Shown: positions 9,683 to 17,784 of the stretch, piece after piece
Layout of the letters: each line of letters begins with the position of its first letter
How positions within the stretch are numbered: position 1 is the first letter of the stretch
Source: Gemmatimonadota bacterium
Lineage (GTDB): Bacteria; Gemmatimonadota; Gemmatimonadetes; Longimicrobiales; Gaopeijiaceae
Direction of reading: 5' to 3'
Length of the DNA: 64,000 bases
NCBI GenBank assembly: GCA_022822425.1
Contig: JAJEBS010000004.1
Location: 5,501-69,500 of the forward strand
The notes under the pieces: model-generated
Database searches by the model: none
What the model was told of the DNA's origin: nothing
Seen by the model: the letters and a program-made list of their open reading frames with translations, nothing else
Program-made: the position numbers and the translations under genes

Positions 9683-9898
9683 GAGGCACCTCCCGGTAAC
9701 GAATGACCCGAACGGGCAATTTAGGCCACGGGCGCGGGGCGGGCGAGCGAGGGTCCACGCGGGGAGGGATGGCGGCGTGGCGCTGGGTGACGCGGCGTCA
9801 TGGCGATACGCCGCCAGCGCCCGCGCGTCACAGGTGCAAACCCGGGCGCGACGGGTCATGGGCCCGACGAGGGCGTGGGAATGGACACCGGAGTGGAG

Positions 9899-9981
9899 CG
9901 GAGGCGGGGGGACTCGAACCCCCAAGGGCTTGCGCCCGCCGCATTTCGAGTGCGGTGCCTTACCAATTAGACTACGCCTCC
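9899..9981 (-). tRNA. tRNA-Ser(CGA)
   Basis: Minus-strand cloverleaf: acceptor GGAGGCG/CGCCTCC, anticodon stem CCGCA/TGCGG with loop CUCGAAA, long variable arm GGGC-GCAA-GCCC, T-arm GGGGG-TTCGAGT-CCCCC. No encoded CCA. Confidence 0.85.
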
Positions 9982-10038
9982 GGACGAAACCGGGCCGATC
10001 GGCATAAGGACGGAGAATCTTCTCCAACTACTCTTCAA

Positions 10039-10112
10039 TCGGGGCGCCCGGATTTGAACCGGGGACCTCTGCGACCCGAACGCAGCGCTCTACCGGACTG
10101 AGCCACGCCCCG
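10039..10112 (-). tRNA. tRNA-Pro(CGG)
   Basis: CGGGGCGTGGCTCAGTCCGGTAGAGCGCTGCGTTCGGGTCGCAGAGGTCCCCGGTTCAAATCCGGGCGCCCCGA; anticodon loop UUCGGGU. Confidence 0.9.
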
Positions 10113-10190
10113 AAAGTCGGTTGCCGCCAACACGCGGCGATGAAGTCAATTGGCGGCCGCTCTCGCCGTTCAGCAAGCTGATCCCGTCAG

Positions 10191-10274
10191 CGGACGGGGT
10201 GGGATTCGAACCCACGTGGGCGTTAGCCCACACGATTTCCAATCGTGCGCCTTAAGCCACTCGGCCACCCGTCC
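10191..10274 (-). tRNA. tRNA-Ser(GGA)
   Basis: GGACGGGTGGCCGAGTGGCTTAAGGCGCACGATTGGAAATCGTG...GTGGGTTCGAATCCCACCCCGTCCG; anticodon loop UUGGAAA; long variable arm. Confidence 0.9.
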
Positions 10275-10410
10275 GAAACACATGTGGCCACTACCACCTG
10301 CAGGGAAACCACTGAGAGAAGCACCGCCCGTTCGGCCGCGGCCAACAAGCTGCCTGAGAGAGCCCGAGGAAATCCGCCCGGCGAGCGAAGTGAGGTTGAG
10401 GCCTCAGGAT

Positions 10411-10460
10411 TCCAGGGGCGCGAGCGCTGCTCGCCAGCAGCCGGGGTGGGATTCGCAGCC
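10411..10460 (-). pseudogene. degenerate copy of the 3' end of tRNA-Ser(GCU) plus its downstream hairpin (tRNA fragment)
   Basis: 10411-10460 (ccaggggcgcgagcgctgctcgccagcagccggggtgggattcgcagcc) aligns at roughly 80% with 10543-10590 (ccctcgggggcgagcccgctcgccagcggagggggtgggattcgaaccc). The T-stem 5' arm is not conserved, so it cannot fold as a tRNA. Confidence 0.4.
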
Positions 10461-10568
10461 GAGGTCCGGCACCAGCCGGCCCGAAGGCGAGGTGAGGAGG
10501 CGAAGCCTCCGCAGCCTCCACCCTGGGTTCGAAGCCCGGCCCCCCTCGGGGGCGAGCCCGCTCGCCAG

Positions 10569-10654
10569 CGGAGGGGGTGGGATTCGAACCCACGAGACCC
10601 TCTCGGGTCAACGCCTTAGCAGGGCGCCGCCTTAAGCCACTCGGCCACCCCTCC
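10569..10654 (-). tRNA. tRNA-Ser(GCU)
   Basis: GGAGGGGTGGCCGAGTGGCTTAAGGCGGCGCCCTGCTAAGGCGTTGACCCGAGAGGGTCTCGTGGGTTCGAATCCCACCCCCTCCG; anticodon loop CUGCUAA; long variable arm. Confidence 0.88.
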
Positions 10655-10659
10655 GAAAA

Positions 10660-10732
10660 TTGCCCCGCCTGGGATCGAACCAGGACTCTTCTGATCCAGA
10701 GTCAGACGTGTTGCCAGTTACACCACGGGGCA
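10660..10732 (-). tRNA. tRNA-Gln(CUG)
   Basis: TGCCCCG TG GTGT AACTGGCA ACAC G TCTGA CTCTGGA TCAGA AGAG TCCTGG TTCGATC CCAGG CGGGGCA A. Confidence 0.88.
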
Positions 10733-10778
10733 TTCAACCACCAATTTGCGCACTCACCGCCCAGGCTGGCAAGCGGCA

Positions 10779-10851
10779 AGCCACCAGTCGGATTCGAACC
10801 GACGACCCCGTCATTACGAGTGACGTGCTCTACCAGCTGAGCTATGGTGGC
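10779..10851 (-). tRNA. tRNA-Thr(CGU)
   Basis: GCCACCATAGCTCAGCTGGTAGAGCACGTCACTCGTAATGACGGGGTCGTCGGTTCGAATCCGACTGGTGGCT. Confidence 0.9.
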
Positions 10852-10892
10852 GACCATGCCGACCGCCTCGCATCTCGCCGGCCAACCAGGAA

Positions 10893-10965
10893 TGGAGCCG
10901 AGGGGAATCGAACCCCTGACCTCAGCGTTGCGAACGCTGCGCTCTCCCAACTGAGCTACGGCCCC
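10893..10965 (-). tRNA. tRNA-Ala(CGC)
   Basis: GGGGCCGTAGCTCAGTTGGGAGAGCGCAGCGTTCGCAACGCTGAGGTCAGGGGTTCGATTCCCCTCGGCTCCA; has the G3:U70 Ala identity pair. Confidence 0.9.
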
Positions 10966-10999
10966 CCTCTACCGCTTTCACTGCAATCGTGTCAGCGGA

Positions 11000-11073
11000 T
11001 GGGCGCGAGAGGACTCGAACCTCTGACCTCTACGATGTCAACGTAGCGCTCTAACCAGCTGAGCTACGCGCCC
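11000..11073 (-). tRNA. tRNA-Val(GAC)
   Basis: GGGCGCGTAGCTCAGCTGGTTAGAGCGCTACGTTGACATCGTAGAGGTCAGAGGTTCGAGTCCTCTCGCGCCCA. Confidence 0.9.
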
Positions 11074-11116
11074 TCGGCCGGAAACCGTCCTGGCCTTCAC
11101 CTCCCCCGAAGGAGAA

Positions 11117-11190
11117 TACGCCCGGGAGGACTCGAACCCCCAACCTCTTGATCCGTAGTCAAGCGCTCTGTCCAATTGAGCTACGGGCGC
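11117..11190 (-). tRNA. tRNA-Arg(ACG)
   Basis: GCGCCCGTAGCTCAATTGGACAGAGCGCTTGACTACGGATCAAGAGGTTGGGGGTTCGAGTCCTCCCGGGCGTA; anticodon loop CUACGGA. Confidence 0.88.
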
Positions 11191-11242
11191 TGGTTTCCGT
11201 CCGCCTTCACCGAGGGAAGGCCGACCCTTGATGGCCTGCAAG

Positions 11243-11326
11243 TGCCCACGACAGGACTCGAACCTGTACGCCGTTTCCGACACTGGTCCCTCAAACCAGC
11301 CTGTCTACCAATTCCAGCACGTGGGC
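11243..11326 (-). tRNA. tRNA-Leu(GAG)
   Basis: GCCCACGTGCTGGAATTGGTAGACAGGCTGGTTTGAGGGACCAGTGTCGGAAACGGCGTACAGGTTCGAGTCCTGTCGTGGGCA; long variable arm. Confidence 0.88.
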
Positions 11327-11376
11327 AATTGTCCTCCATCGAATCGCCGCCGCCGCTCACCGCCGCGGCCCTGCCA

Positions 11377-11461
11377 TGCTCGGAGAGGGACTCGAACCCT
11401 CACGGGGTTAACCCCCACAGGATCCTGAATCCTGCGCGTCTACCAATTCCGCCATCCGAGC
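11377..11461 (-). tRNA. tRNA-Leu(CAG)
   Basis: GCTCGGATGGCGGAATTGGTAGACGCGCAGGATTCAGGATCCTGTGGGGGTTAACCCCGTGAGGGTTCGAGTCCCTCTCCGAGCA; long variable arm. Confidence 0.88.
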
Positions 11462-11491
11462 GTGCTCGCCTTCACGAACAAGACGGTCTCA

Positions 11492-11564
11492 TGGAGCCGA
11501 GGGGAATCGAACCCCTGACCTCCTGAATGCCATTCAGGCGCTCTCCCAACTGAGCTACGGCCCC
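11492..11564 (-). tRNA. tRNA-Ala(GGC)
   Basis: GGGGCCGTAGCTCAGTTGGGAGAGCGCCTGAATGGCATTCAGGAGGTCAGGGGTTCGATTCCCCTCGGCTCCA; G3:U70 pair. Confidence 0.9.
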
Positions 11565-11604
11565 GATCCTTCGCCGATGACCCGATTTGTCAAGAAACAA
11601 GCAG

Positions 11605-11678
11605 CGGGGCTGACGGGACTCGAACCCGCGGCCTCCGGTGTGACAGACCGGCACTCTAACCAACTGAGCTACAGCCCC
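11605..11678 (-). tRNA. tRNA-Asp(GUC)
   Basis: GGGGCTGTAGCTCAGTTGGTTAGAGTGCCGGTCTGTCACACCGGAGGCCGCGGGTTCGAGTCCCGTCAGCCCCG. Confidence 0.9.
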
Positions 11679-11708
11679 TGCTCCGCGCTCCTCGCGCGTA
11701 CTTCCAAA

Positions 11709-11780
11709 CGCCCTCACGGGGAATCGAACCCCGACCGCCACCTTGAAAGAGTGGTGTCCTAGCCGTTAGACGATGAGGGC
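11709..11780 (-). tRNA. tRNA-Glu(UUC)
   Basis: GCCCTCATCGTCTAACGGCTAGGACACCACTCTTTCAAGGTGGCGGTCGGGGTTCGATTCCCCGTGAGGGCG. Confidence 0.88.
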
Positions 11781-11796
11781 TCTCCCCCCAGTTGTA

Positions 11797-11869
11797 CAGG
11801 CCCGGAGGGACTCGAACCCCCAACCCCCGGTTTTGGAGACCGGTGCTCTACCAGTTGAGCTACGGACCC
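11797..11869 (-). tRNA. tRNA-Trp(CCA)
   Basis: GGGTCCGTAGCTCAACTGGTAGAGCACCGGTCTCCAAAACCGGGGGTTGGGGGTTCGAGTCCCTCCGGGCCTG; two G-U pairs in the acceptor stem. Confidence 0.85.
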
Positions 11870-11912
11870 TCGCGCGCACGACCGGCCATCCTCCGGCCGG
11901 TGAGCCGGTAGA

Positions 11913-11985
11913 TGGCCAGGGGCGGAATCGAACCGCCGACACCGCGATTTTCAGTCGCGTGCTCTACCAACTGAGCTACCTGGCC
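11913..11985 (-). tRNA. tRNA-Phe(GAA)
   Basis: GGCCAGGTAGCTCAGTTGGTAGAGCACGCGACTGAAAATCGCGGTGTCGGCGGTTCGATTCCGCCCCTGGCCA. Confidence 0.9.
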
Positions 11986-12017
11986 AAAAAAACGCCCGAA
12001 CCTTTTCGGTGCGGGCG
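11986..12017 (-). terminator. intrinsic terminator (minus strand) directly abutting the 5' end of tRNA-Phe
   Basis: Minus strand reads CGCCCGCACC-GAAAA-GGUUCGGGCG followed by UUUUUUU. The U-tract ends at 11986, 1 nt before tRNA-Phe position 1. Confidence 0.65.
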
Positions 12018-12226
12018 GCTGGGTCGGGAGCTTGCCGGGGGCTACCGGCGAGTCCCGCTTCCCCGCCCGCGAGGGCTCGACCACGTATCGGACGCAAACC
12101 AGCGAAGCGCCCGCACGCGGCCCGGCCTCCGGAAAGGCCACGGTCGACGGGTTTCGGTCGCTTCCGGCATGGTTCCGCCTCGGTCTCCTGTGTTGTCATC
12201 TCTGGTCAAACCATCCTGCTACGTGG
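12018..12226 (-). ncRNA. candidate structured RNA or leader of unknown class between two terminators
   Basis: GC-rich with nested helices on the minus strand: CGACC.../...GGUCG enclosing GGCCU-UUCCGG-AGGCC, and GCGGGCGG...CGGGA..GCCGG-UAGCCC-CCGGC..UCCCG...CCGCCCGC. The CCGCCCGC segment is shared with the 5' arm of the downstream terminator. No convincing ORF. Confidence 0.3.
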
Positions 12227-12249
12227 AAAACGCCGCCATTTCGGCGGCG
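12227..12249 (-). terminator. intrinsic terminator after tRNA-fMet (minus strand)
   Basis: Minus strand reads CGCCGCC-GAAAU-GGCGGCG followed by UUUUCC, starting 9 nt after the tRNA 3' end. Confidence 0.6.
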
Positions 12250-12257
12250 CTTCCAAG

Positions 12258-12331
<74 letters not shown>

Positions 12332-12374
12332 ACAAGAAGCGAAAGGTAAAGCGATGCCGCGAAGCGTGTCAACC

Positions 12375-13796
12375 TTACCTGCGTCCCAGCACCGCCAGGG
12401 CCCCCGGATCACCCTCGATTCCCTCGGCAGGCTCGAGCTCCAACACGCGCGCCATGAAGGGATAGATGTCCACCCCTTCGATCCGGGGAAGCCGCGTGCC
12501 CGCCTCGATGCCCGGCCCCTTCACAAGGAAGATGCCGTGCATGGAGCGGAAGCCGGGGTCCCATCCGTGCATCCCCCGGCTGCTGCCCCGGCGCGGTCCG
12601 ATGCCGATCGTGTACCCCTCTTCCGGCACCACGACGAGATCGCCGAAGCGCGGATGGCCGTTCAGGTGAAGTCGTGCTGGAGCCTCATGGCTGCGGTAGA
12701 CCTTTGCGTTCGGCATCCCTGCGTCGAGTTGGGCGCGCAACTCCTCGATCCGCTCCTCGCCTTCCTCCACGAAGAGGATGCCCACGCTTCCGCCGGACGT
12801 CAGCCGAGCCCCGGACAGGTCCGCGATTTCGTCGAGCGCGTAGTGTCCTTCGGGCCGAACGTCGCTCATCCCGTGGTCGGAGACCAGCACGACGAAGACC
12901 CGGTCGCCGTGCGGGAGTGCATCCAGGCCATCCAGGAGCCGCCCGAGCGCCCGGTCCACCTGTCCGACCGCACCGGCCAGTTCCGGGCTGTCGCCAGGAC
13001 CGAACCGGTGTCCGGCGTAGTCGGCTTCGGCGAAATACAGAGAGACGAGGTGGGGTCGCTGCTCCTCGGCCAGGCTGAGCCACGTCAGGACCGTGTCGAC
13101 GCGCACTTCGTTGGGAATGATGGGATCGAAGCGCTTCCAGTAACTGGGACGGATGCCTTGCACGTCGGCTTCGGACCCGACGAAGTAGAAGGCCGCGCTC
13201 ACCATGCCCTGTTTCTCCGCGGTCACCCAGATGGGCTCGCCTCCGTACCAGCGCCCGTCCTCCACCGTCTCCCGGTCCGAGAGGGAATAGGTGCGGTCGA
13301 GCTCCCGGTCGTGGAAGGTGTTGGCGACGAGACCGTGGGTTCCCGGGTAGAGCCCGGTCGCGATGGAGTAGTGCGCGGGGAAGGTCAGCGAAGGGAAAAC
13401 CGGGATGAGCCCATCGGCGCGAGCGCCCCCGGCCGCCACCCGGTCGAAGTTGGGCGTGTCGAACATCTCCATGTAGTCGTGCCGAAAGCCGTCGAACGAC
13501 ACGACCACCACGTAGGGCTTGTCGAGATGGCGGGGGTCGTTGCGGCCGGCGGCCAGGCCCGATTCGGCCGTCGCAGCCGCCCCAACCGGTCCGCCGTCTG
13601 CGGGAGCCTGCCGCACACCGGCGCAGCCAACCAGCGAGAGCGCCAGAATGACGATCCCCGCCGGGATCAGGCCCGGCGCGCGAAGGCGTCCTCGGCCGAT
13701 CCACGATCCTCCCCGCCTGCGAATCCCCTTGTAACGATGAGGCTCTGCGGTCATCTTCACGGCTTCCGGCAGCACGGCAACCTCTCCTGAAGGCAT
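12375..13796 (-). CDS. nucleotide pyrophosphatase/phosphodiesterase (NPP, alkaline-phosphatase superfamily) lipoprotein
   Basis: VVVVSFDGFRHDYMEMFDTPNFDRVAAGGARADGLIPVFPSLTFPAHYSIATGLYPGTHGLVAN and LVSDHGM motifs. Lipobox LSLVGC. The start could instead be ATG 13754. Confidence 0.8.
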   Translation of the reverse strand: MPSGEVAVLPEAVKMTAEPHRYKGIRRRGGSWIGRGRLRAPGLIPAGIVILALSLVGCAGVRQAPADGGPVGAAATAESGLAAGRNDPRHLDKPYVVVVSFDGFRHDYMEMFDTPNFDRVAAGGARADGLIPVFPSLTFPAHYSIATGLYPGTHGLVANTFHDRELDRTYSLSDRETVEDGRWYGGEPIWVTAEKQGMVSAAFYFVGSEADVQGIRPSYWKRFDPIIPNEVRVDTVLTWLSLAEEQRPHLVSLYFAEADYAGHRFGPGDSPELAGAVGQVDRALGRLLDGLDALPHGDRVFVVLVSDHGMSDVRPEGHYALDEIADLSGARLTSGGSVGILFVEEGEERIEELRAQLDAGMPNAKVYRSHEAPARLHLNGHPRFGDLVVVPEEGYTIGIGPRRGSSRGMHGWDPGFRSMHGIFLVKGPGIEAGTRLPRIEGVDIYPFMARVLELEPAEGIEGDPGALAVLGRR

Positions 13797-13885
13797 CCGT
13801 CCGCGATCACGCGGGCAGGGAGGGGAACGAGTGCCGCAAATAATAGCTGCATGCAGGCGCCTCTTGAAGGAGGAAACGGGTCGAG

Positions 13886-14446
13886 ATGAGCGAGAAGGGG
13901 CTTGAGACCGCCACGCTGGCCGGGGGATGTTTCTGGTGCCTGGAGGCGGTGTACCTGGAGTTGCGCGGCGTGCGGCGGGTGGACTCGGGATACGCCGGCG
14001 GTCATGTGCGCCACCCGACCTACCAACACGTCTGCACCGGCGCCACGGGGCATGCCGAAGCAGTCCGCATCGCGTTTTCCCCGGAGGAGATCTCGTTCCG
14101 GGAGCTGCTCGAGGTCTTCTTCACGATTCACGATCCCACCACCCTGAACCGCCAGGGAGCCGACGTGGGCACCCAGTACCGCTCCGCCATCTTCCATCAT
14201 TCGCCCGAGCAGGAGGCCGTGGCACGCGAGGTGATCGCGGGGCTGGAGAAGCAGGGCTTGTGGCGGTCGCCGATCGTGACCGAGCTGGTTCCGGCTGGCG
14301 ACTTCTTCGCCGCCGAGGCTTATCACCGCAACTACTTCGCGCGCAATCCGGGCCAGGGATACTGCCGCGCGGTGGTTGCGCCCAAGGTCGCGAAAGCGCG
14401 GGCGAAGTTCTTCGACAAGCTGGGGAAGACACCCGCTCCCAGCTGA
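13886..14446 (+). CDS. msrA: peptide-methionine (S)-S-oxide reductase
   Basis: ATLAGGCFWCLEAVY, GYAGG, TGHAEAVRIAFSPEEISFRELLEVFF, HDPTTLNRQGADVGTQYRS. GGAGGAAACGGG lies upstream of the ATG. Confidence 0.9.
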   Translation: MSEKGLETATLAGGCFWCLEAVYLELRGVRRVDSGYAGGHVRHPTYQHVCTGATGHAEAVRIAFSPEEISFRELLEVFFTIHDPTTLNRQGADVGTQYRSAIFHHSPEQEAVAREVIAGLEKQGLWRSPIVTELVPAGDFFAAEAYHRNYFARNPGQGYCRAVVAPKVAKARAKFFDKLGKTPAPS

Positions 14447-14473
14447 AGAAGCCCCGCGCGCGACAGGCTTTAC

Positions 14474-15406
14474 CTACGTCGAGAAGGGCGTGAAGTACCC
14501 CACGACCCACTCGGGACCGGCGATGAGGTTCTTGCCCGACAGAGGCAGGCGGCTCCCCAACTCGATCTGTCCCGGACCGGCCGTGACCAGAAGCGAGGGA
14601 ATGAACCGGAGCAACTCGCGAGCCTGCTCTTCGGGCATCATCGTCCCGAACCTGGGCGTCCCGCCGTACCATCCCTCGAGCTGAGCCTTGAACCCCACCG
14701 CACGGTCGGTTCCTCCTCCAAGGCTCAGGTTGAAGAAGGTCTCGTTGCCGAAGTCGGTGCCGCCGGCAGCCTGCCACATCCGGGGACCCAGCTCGCCCGC
14801 CTCGCGCCAGCGATATCCCGCCGAGGCGGTGAAGTAGAGGGACCTGGGCCAGAAGGAATGCCCGAACTCGGCGGCGATCTCCCAGTCCCGCTGGGCGTCG
14901 CTCACCTGAATGTCGTTCACTCCGACATCCAGGCTGGATGCCGGGACCTTCAATCCCGCCCGGATGGTGAACGGAACGCTGCTCCCGAAAAGGCGGGTCG
15001 GCGATGCCCTCACATACAGGCGCGTATCGCCGAAGCCCGAATCGTTGATCGTACCGCTGCTGTCCTCATAACGAAGCCGGTGGTACGACGGCTGAATCCA
15101 GAGTTCCAGGCCGGGCGCGACCCCGAGGGCCATGGTCAGGTAGGACGAGACGGTCCGGACACTCCCCGTTCGGGGATTGGGCATATCCTCTCCCATCATC
15201 ATGGCCATCATGTCGTCGAGCCGAACGATATCTCCAACGTCGCCCGTCGGGCCGAATTTCCCGGAACTGTCTCGATAGGACGTGGAGAAGGAAATCCACC
15301 CGCTGCCGGGAGCTTCGACCCACTGCGCGTGGGCGGGCGCTGCCGCCAACCCGGTAATCACGGCCAGAGCGGCGCTGCGGACGGTGACGAGACAGTTGTT
15401 CTTCAT
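14474..15406 (-). CDS. putative outer-membrane beta-barrel protein
   Basis: Signal peptide ending AAAPAHAQ. Alternating aromatic/Gly-rich strands. No specific family recognised. Confidence 0.45.
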   Translation of the reverse strand: MKNNCLVTVRSAALAVITGLAAAPAHAQWVEAPGSGWISFSTSYRDSSGKFGPTGDVGDIVRLDDMMAMMMGEDMPNPRTGSVRTVSSYLTMALGVAPGLELWIQPSYHRLRYEDSSGTINDSGFGDTRLYVRASPTRLFGSSVPFTIRAGLKVPASSLDVGVNDIQVSDAQRDWEIAAEFGHSFWPRSLYFTASAGYRWREAGELGPRMWQAAGGTDFGNETFFNLSLGGGTDRAVGFKAQLEGWYGGTPRFGTMMPEEQARELLRFIPSLLVTAGPGQIELGSRLPLSGKNLIAGPEWVVGYFTPFST

Positions 15407-15432
15407 TCAGATGACTTCCTCGTTGGGATGAG

Positions 15433-16743
15433 TCAGAGCAGCACGCTGAGCGGTTTCTCCAGGATGTCCCTCAGCGTAGCCAGGAAACGCGCCCCCTGGG
15501 CCCCGTCGATGACCCGGTGGTCGCAGCTCATGGTGATGCGCATGCGACGACGCACCACTACCTGACCGTCCACCGCCACCGGCCGGTCCTCCACCGCGCC
15601 CACGGCCAGGATTCCGGCCTCGGGCGGGTTGATGACCCCGGTGAACTGCTCGATGCCGAACATGCCGAGGTTCGAGATGGAGAAGGTGGACCCCGTGTAC
15701 TGCTCGGGCGTCAGACGCTTCGCCCGGGCCAGCGCCGCCAGCTCCTTCACCTCGTTCGAGATTTCGGCGATCGGACGCGCGTGCGCATCCCGCACTACCG
15801 GAGTAATGAGCCCGTCGTCGATGGCCACCGCGACCCCGATGTGCACGCGGTTGTGTCTGCGGACGTGATCGCCACCCCACCACGCGTTGCACTCGGGATG
15901 GCGGGCCAGCGCGAGCGCCGTCGCCTTGATGACGATGTCGTTGAAGGAGATGCGCGCACCCAGCTCAAGCTCGTTGAACTGCCGGCGCAGCTCGGTCGCC
16001 CGGGCCATGTCGACATCGGCCGTGAGGAAGAAGTGCGGCACCGGCCCCAGCGACTCGACCAGCCGGCGCGCGATCGTCTTGCGGATCTGCGTGAGCGGGA
16101 CGTCCACGAAGTCCTCGCCCGGGAGGTCCGGCATGGGCGCGCGAGCCGTCGCGGCCCCGGCGGCCAGCGCGGCCTCGATGTCCCGCTTGACGATTCTGCC
16201 TCGCGGCCCGGATCCCGCGACCGCTTCCAGACGAAGGCCGGCCTCCCGGGCCAGGCGGCGGGCGACGGGCGATGCCCTCAGCCGGCCGCCGTCCTTGCGA
16301 GCCTCGGCAACCGGCTCCGCCCGAGCGGTGGCCCGGACCACCGGCGGGGCGGGCTGCGGGGTGACTGGCGGAGAGGTGGGAGGCAGCGCGGTGGTGGACG
16401 GCGTTGCAGTTGGCGTCGCCGCCCGGGTCGGCTCCTCCTCCACCTCGGTGTCCCGCGACGTGGCCGCCGGCGCGGCCGCCGCCACCAGTTCCGACACATC
16501 TTCGTCCTCGGCCGCGATCACCGCGATCACGTCTCCCACGGGCGCCGTCTGCCCCTGGTTCAGCAGGATGGCCCGCAACACGCCGTCGCCGCGCGCCACC
16601 AGTTCCATGGTCGCCTTGTCGGTCTCGATTTCGGCCAGCAGATCGCCGGCCGCGATCTCGTCACCCTCCGCCTTGAGCCACTTGACGACCTGCCCCTCCT
16701 CCATGGTGGGCGAGAGGGCTTCCATGTGCACTTTGGTGGCCAT
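15433..16743 (-). CDS. pdhC: pyruvate dehydrogenase complex E2, dihydrolipoamide acetyltransferase
   Basis: Lipoyl domain (EIETDKATMELVA), Pro/Ala linker, E3-binding segment (ASPVARRLAREAG), catalytic DHRVIDGAQGARFL. Confidence 0.9.
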   Translation of the reverse strand: MATKVHMEALSPTMEEGQVVKWLKAEGDEIAAGDLLAEIETDKATMELVARGDGVLRAILLNQGQTAPVGDVIAVIAAEDEDVSELVAAAAPAATSRDTEVEEEPTRAATPTATPSTTALPPTSPPVTPQPAPPVVRATARAEPVAEARKDGGRLRASPVARRLAREAGLRLEAVAGSGPRGRIVKRDIEAALAAGAATARAPMPDLPGEDFVDVPLTQIRKTIARRLVESLGPVPHFFLTADVDMARATELRRQFNELELGARISFNDIVIKATALALARHPECNAWWGGDHVRRHNRVHIGVAVAIDDGLITPVVRDAHARPIAEISNEVKELAALARAKRLTPEQYTGSTFSISNLGMFGIEQFTGVINPPEAGILAVGAVEDRPVAVDGQVVVRRRMRITMSCDHRVIDGAQGARFLATLRDILEKPLSVLL

Positions 16744-16802
16744 CGACTAGCCTCGGGTGGTCGGATCGGGGGTTGTCACGCGTCAGGATGGAGCGACCGG
16801 GG

Positions 16803-17783
16803 TCAGGTGCGGTAGAGGACCTTCGTGCACGCGTCCACGATCCGCGCCGCGTCGGGTTTCGACTGCTTCTCCAGGTTCCTGGCGTAGGGCATGGGCACGT
16901 CCGCCTGTGTGATCCGCTGCACCGGCGCGTCCAGGTCGTCGAAACCCTCGTCCTGGATCAGCGCGACGATCTGCGCGCCGACGCCCGCGAACGGCCAGCT
17001 TTCCTCCACGTAGACGGCACGATTGGTCTTGTGGACCGAGCGCAGAATCGCCTCCATGTCCAGTGGACGAAGCGAGCGCAGGTCGAGCACTTCGGCGGAA
17101 ACGTCCTCCTTCTCGAGCGCGCGCGCCGCCTGGAGCGCCACATGGACCATCTGTCCGTGCGAGACGATGGTGACGTCCGTCCCCTCCCGCTTCACATCGG
17201 CTACGCCCAGAGGTACGAAGTGCTCGCCCTCGGGAACGTCGCCGCGGGCGTTGTAGAGCAACTCGGACTCCATCACGACCACGGGGTCGTCGTCCCGAAT
17301 CGCGGCCTTGAGCAGTCCCTTCGCATCCGCCGGCGTAGCCGGATTCACCAGCTTGACCCCGGGAGCGTGGACATAATAGGTCTCGCACGCCTGCGAGTGC
17401 TGCGCCGCGAGTTGAAGGGCCGCCCCGTTGGGTCCGCGAAAGACGATGGGAACGTGCAGCTGCCCGTTCGTCATGTAGTGGGTCTTGGCGGCGTTGTTGA
17501 TGACCTGGTCGAGAGCGAGAAACGCGAAGTTGAAGGTCATGAACTCGATGACCGGCCGGAGCCCGGCCATTGCCGCGCCCACGCCCAGCCCGGCGAAGCC
17601 GAGTTCGCTGATCGGCGTGTCCACCACCCTTGCGTCGCCGAAGCGGTCAAGCAGGCCCCGGGACACCTTGTAGGCGCCATCGTACTCCGCCACTTCCTCA
17701 CCCATGAGAAAGACTGAGTCGTCGCGCTCCATCTCCTCGGCGAGCGCCTCGTTGAGGGCGTCCCGGTAGGTCATGACCGCCAT
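16803..17783 (-). CDS. pdhB: pyruvate dehydrogenase E1 beta subunit
   Basis: [45 protein letters not shown]... The ATG at 17783 is preceded by GGGGAGG and lies 1 nt after the pdhA stop. The 5' extension of the ORF to 17939 was trimmed. Confidence 0.9.
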   Translation of the reverse strand: MAVMTYRDALNEALAEEMERDDSVFLMGEEVAEYDGAYKVSRGLLDRFGDARVVDTPISELGFAGLGVGAAMAGLRPVIEFMTFNFAFLALDQVINNAAKTHYMTNGQLHVPIVFRGPNGAALQLAAQHSQACETYYVHAPGVKLVNPATPADAKGLLKAAIRDDDPVVVMESELLYNARGDVPEGEHFVPLGVADVKREGTDVTIVSHGQMVHVALQAARALEKEDVSAEVLDLRSLRPLDMEAILRSVHKTNRAVYVEESWPFAGVGAQIVALIQDEGFDDLDAPVQRITQADVPMPYARNLEKQSKPDAARIVDACTKVLYRT

Positions 17784-17784
17784 C

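Noticed and set aside
10275-10568. Searched the long tRNA spacer for tRNA-Sec (selC) or SRP/4.5S RNA, which would have supported the selenocysteine idea
   Set aside because: No UUCA-containing 7-nt anticodon loop with an appropriate 8+5 acceptor/T-arm geometry was found. AGGUCCGG is present, but the rest of the SRP domain IV motif (GGAA tetraloop with flanking AGCA loop) is not.
12018-12226. Tried to assign the structured element to a T-box, SRP RNA, 6S RNA or RNase P RNA
   Set aside because: No T-box consensus (GGGUGGNACCGCG), no SRP domain IV motif, and it is too short for RNase P RNA. 6S RNA cannot be judged by eye. It is left as an unknown class in the findings.
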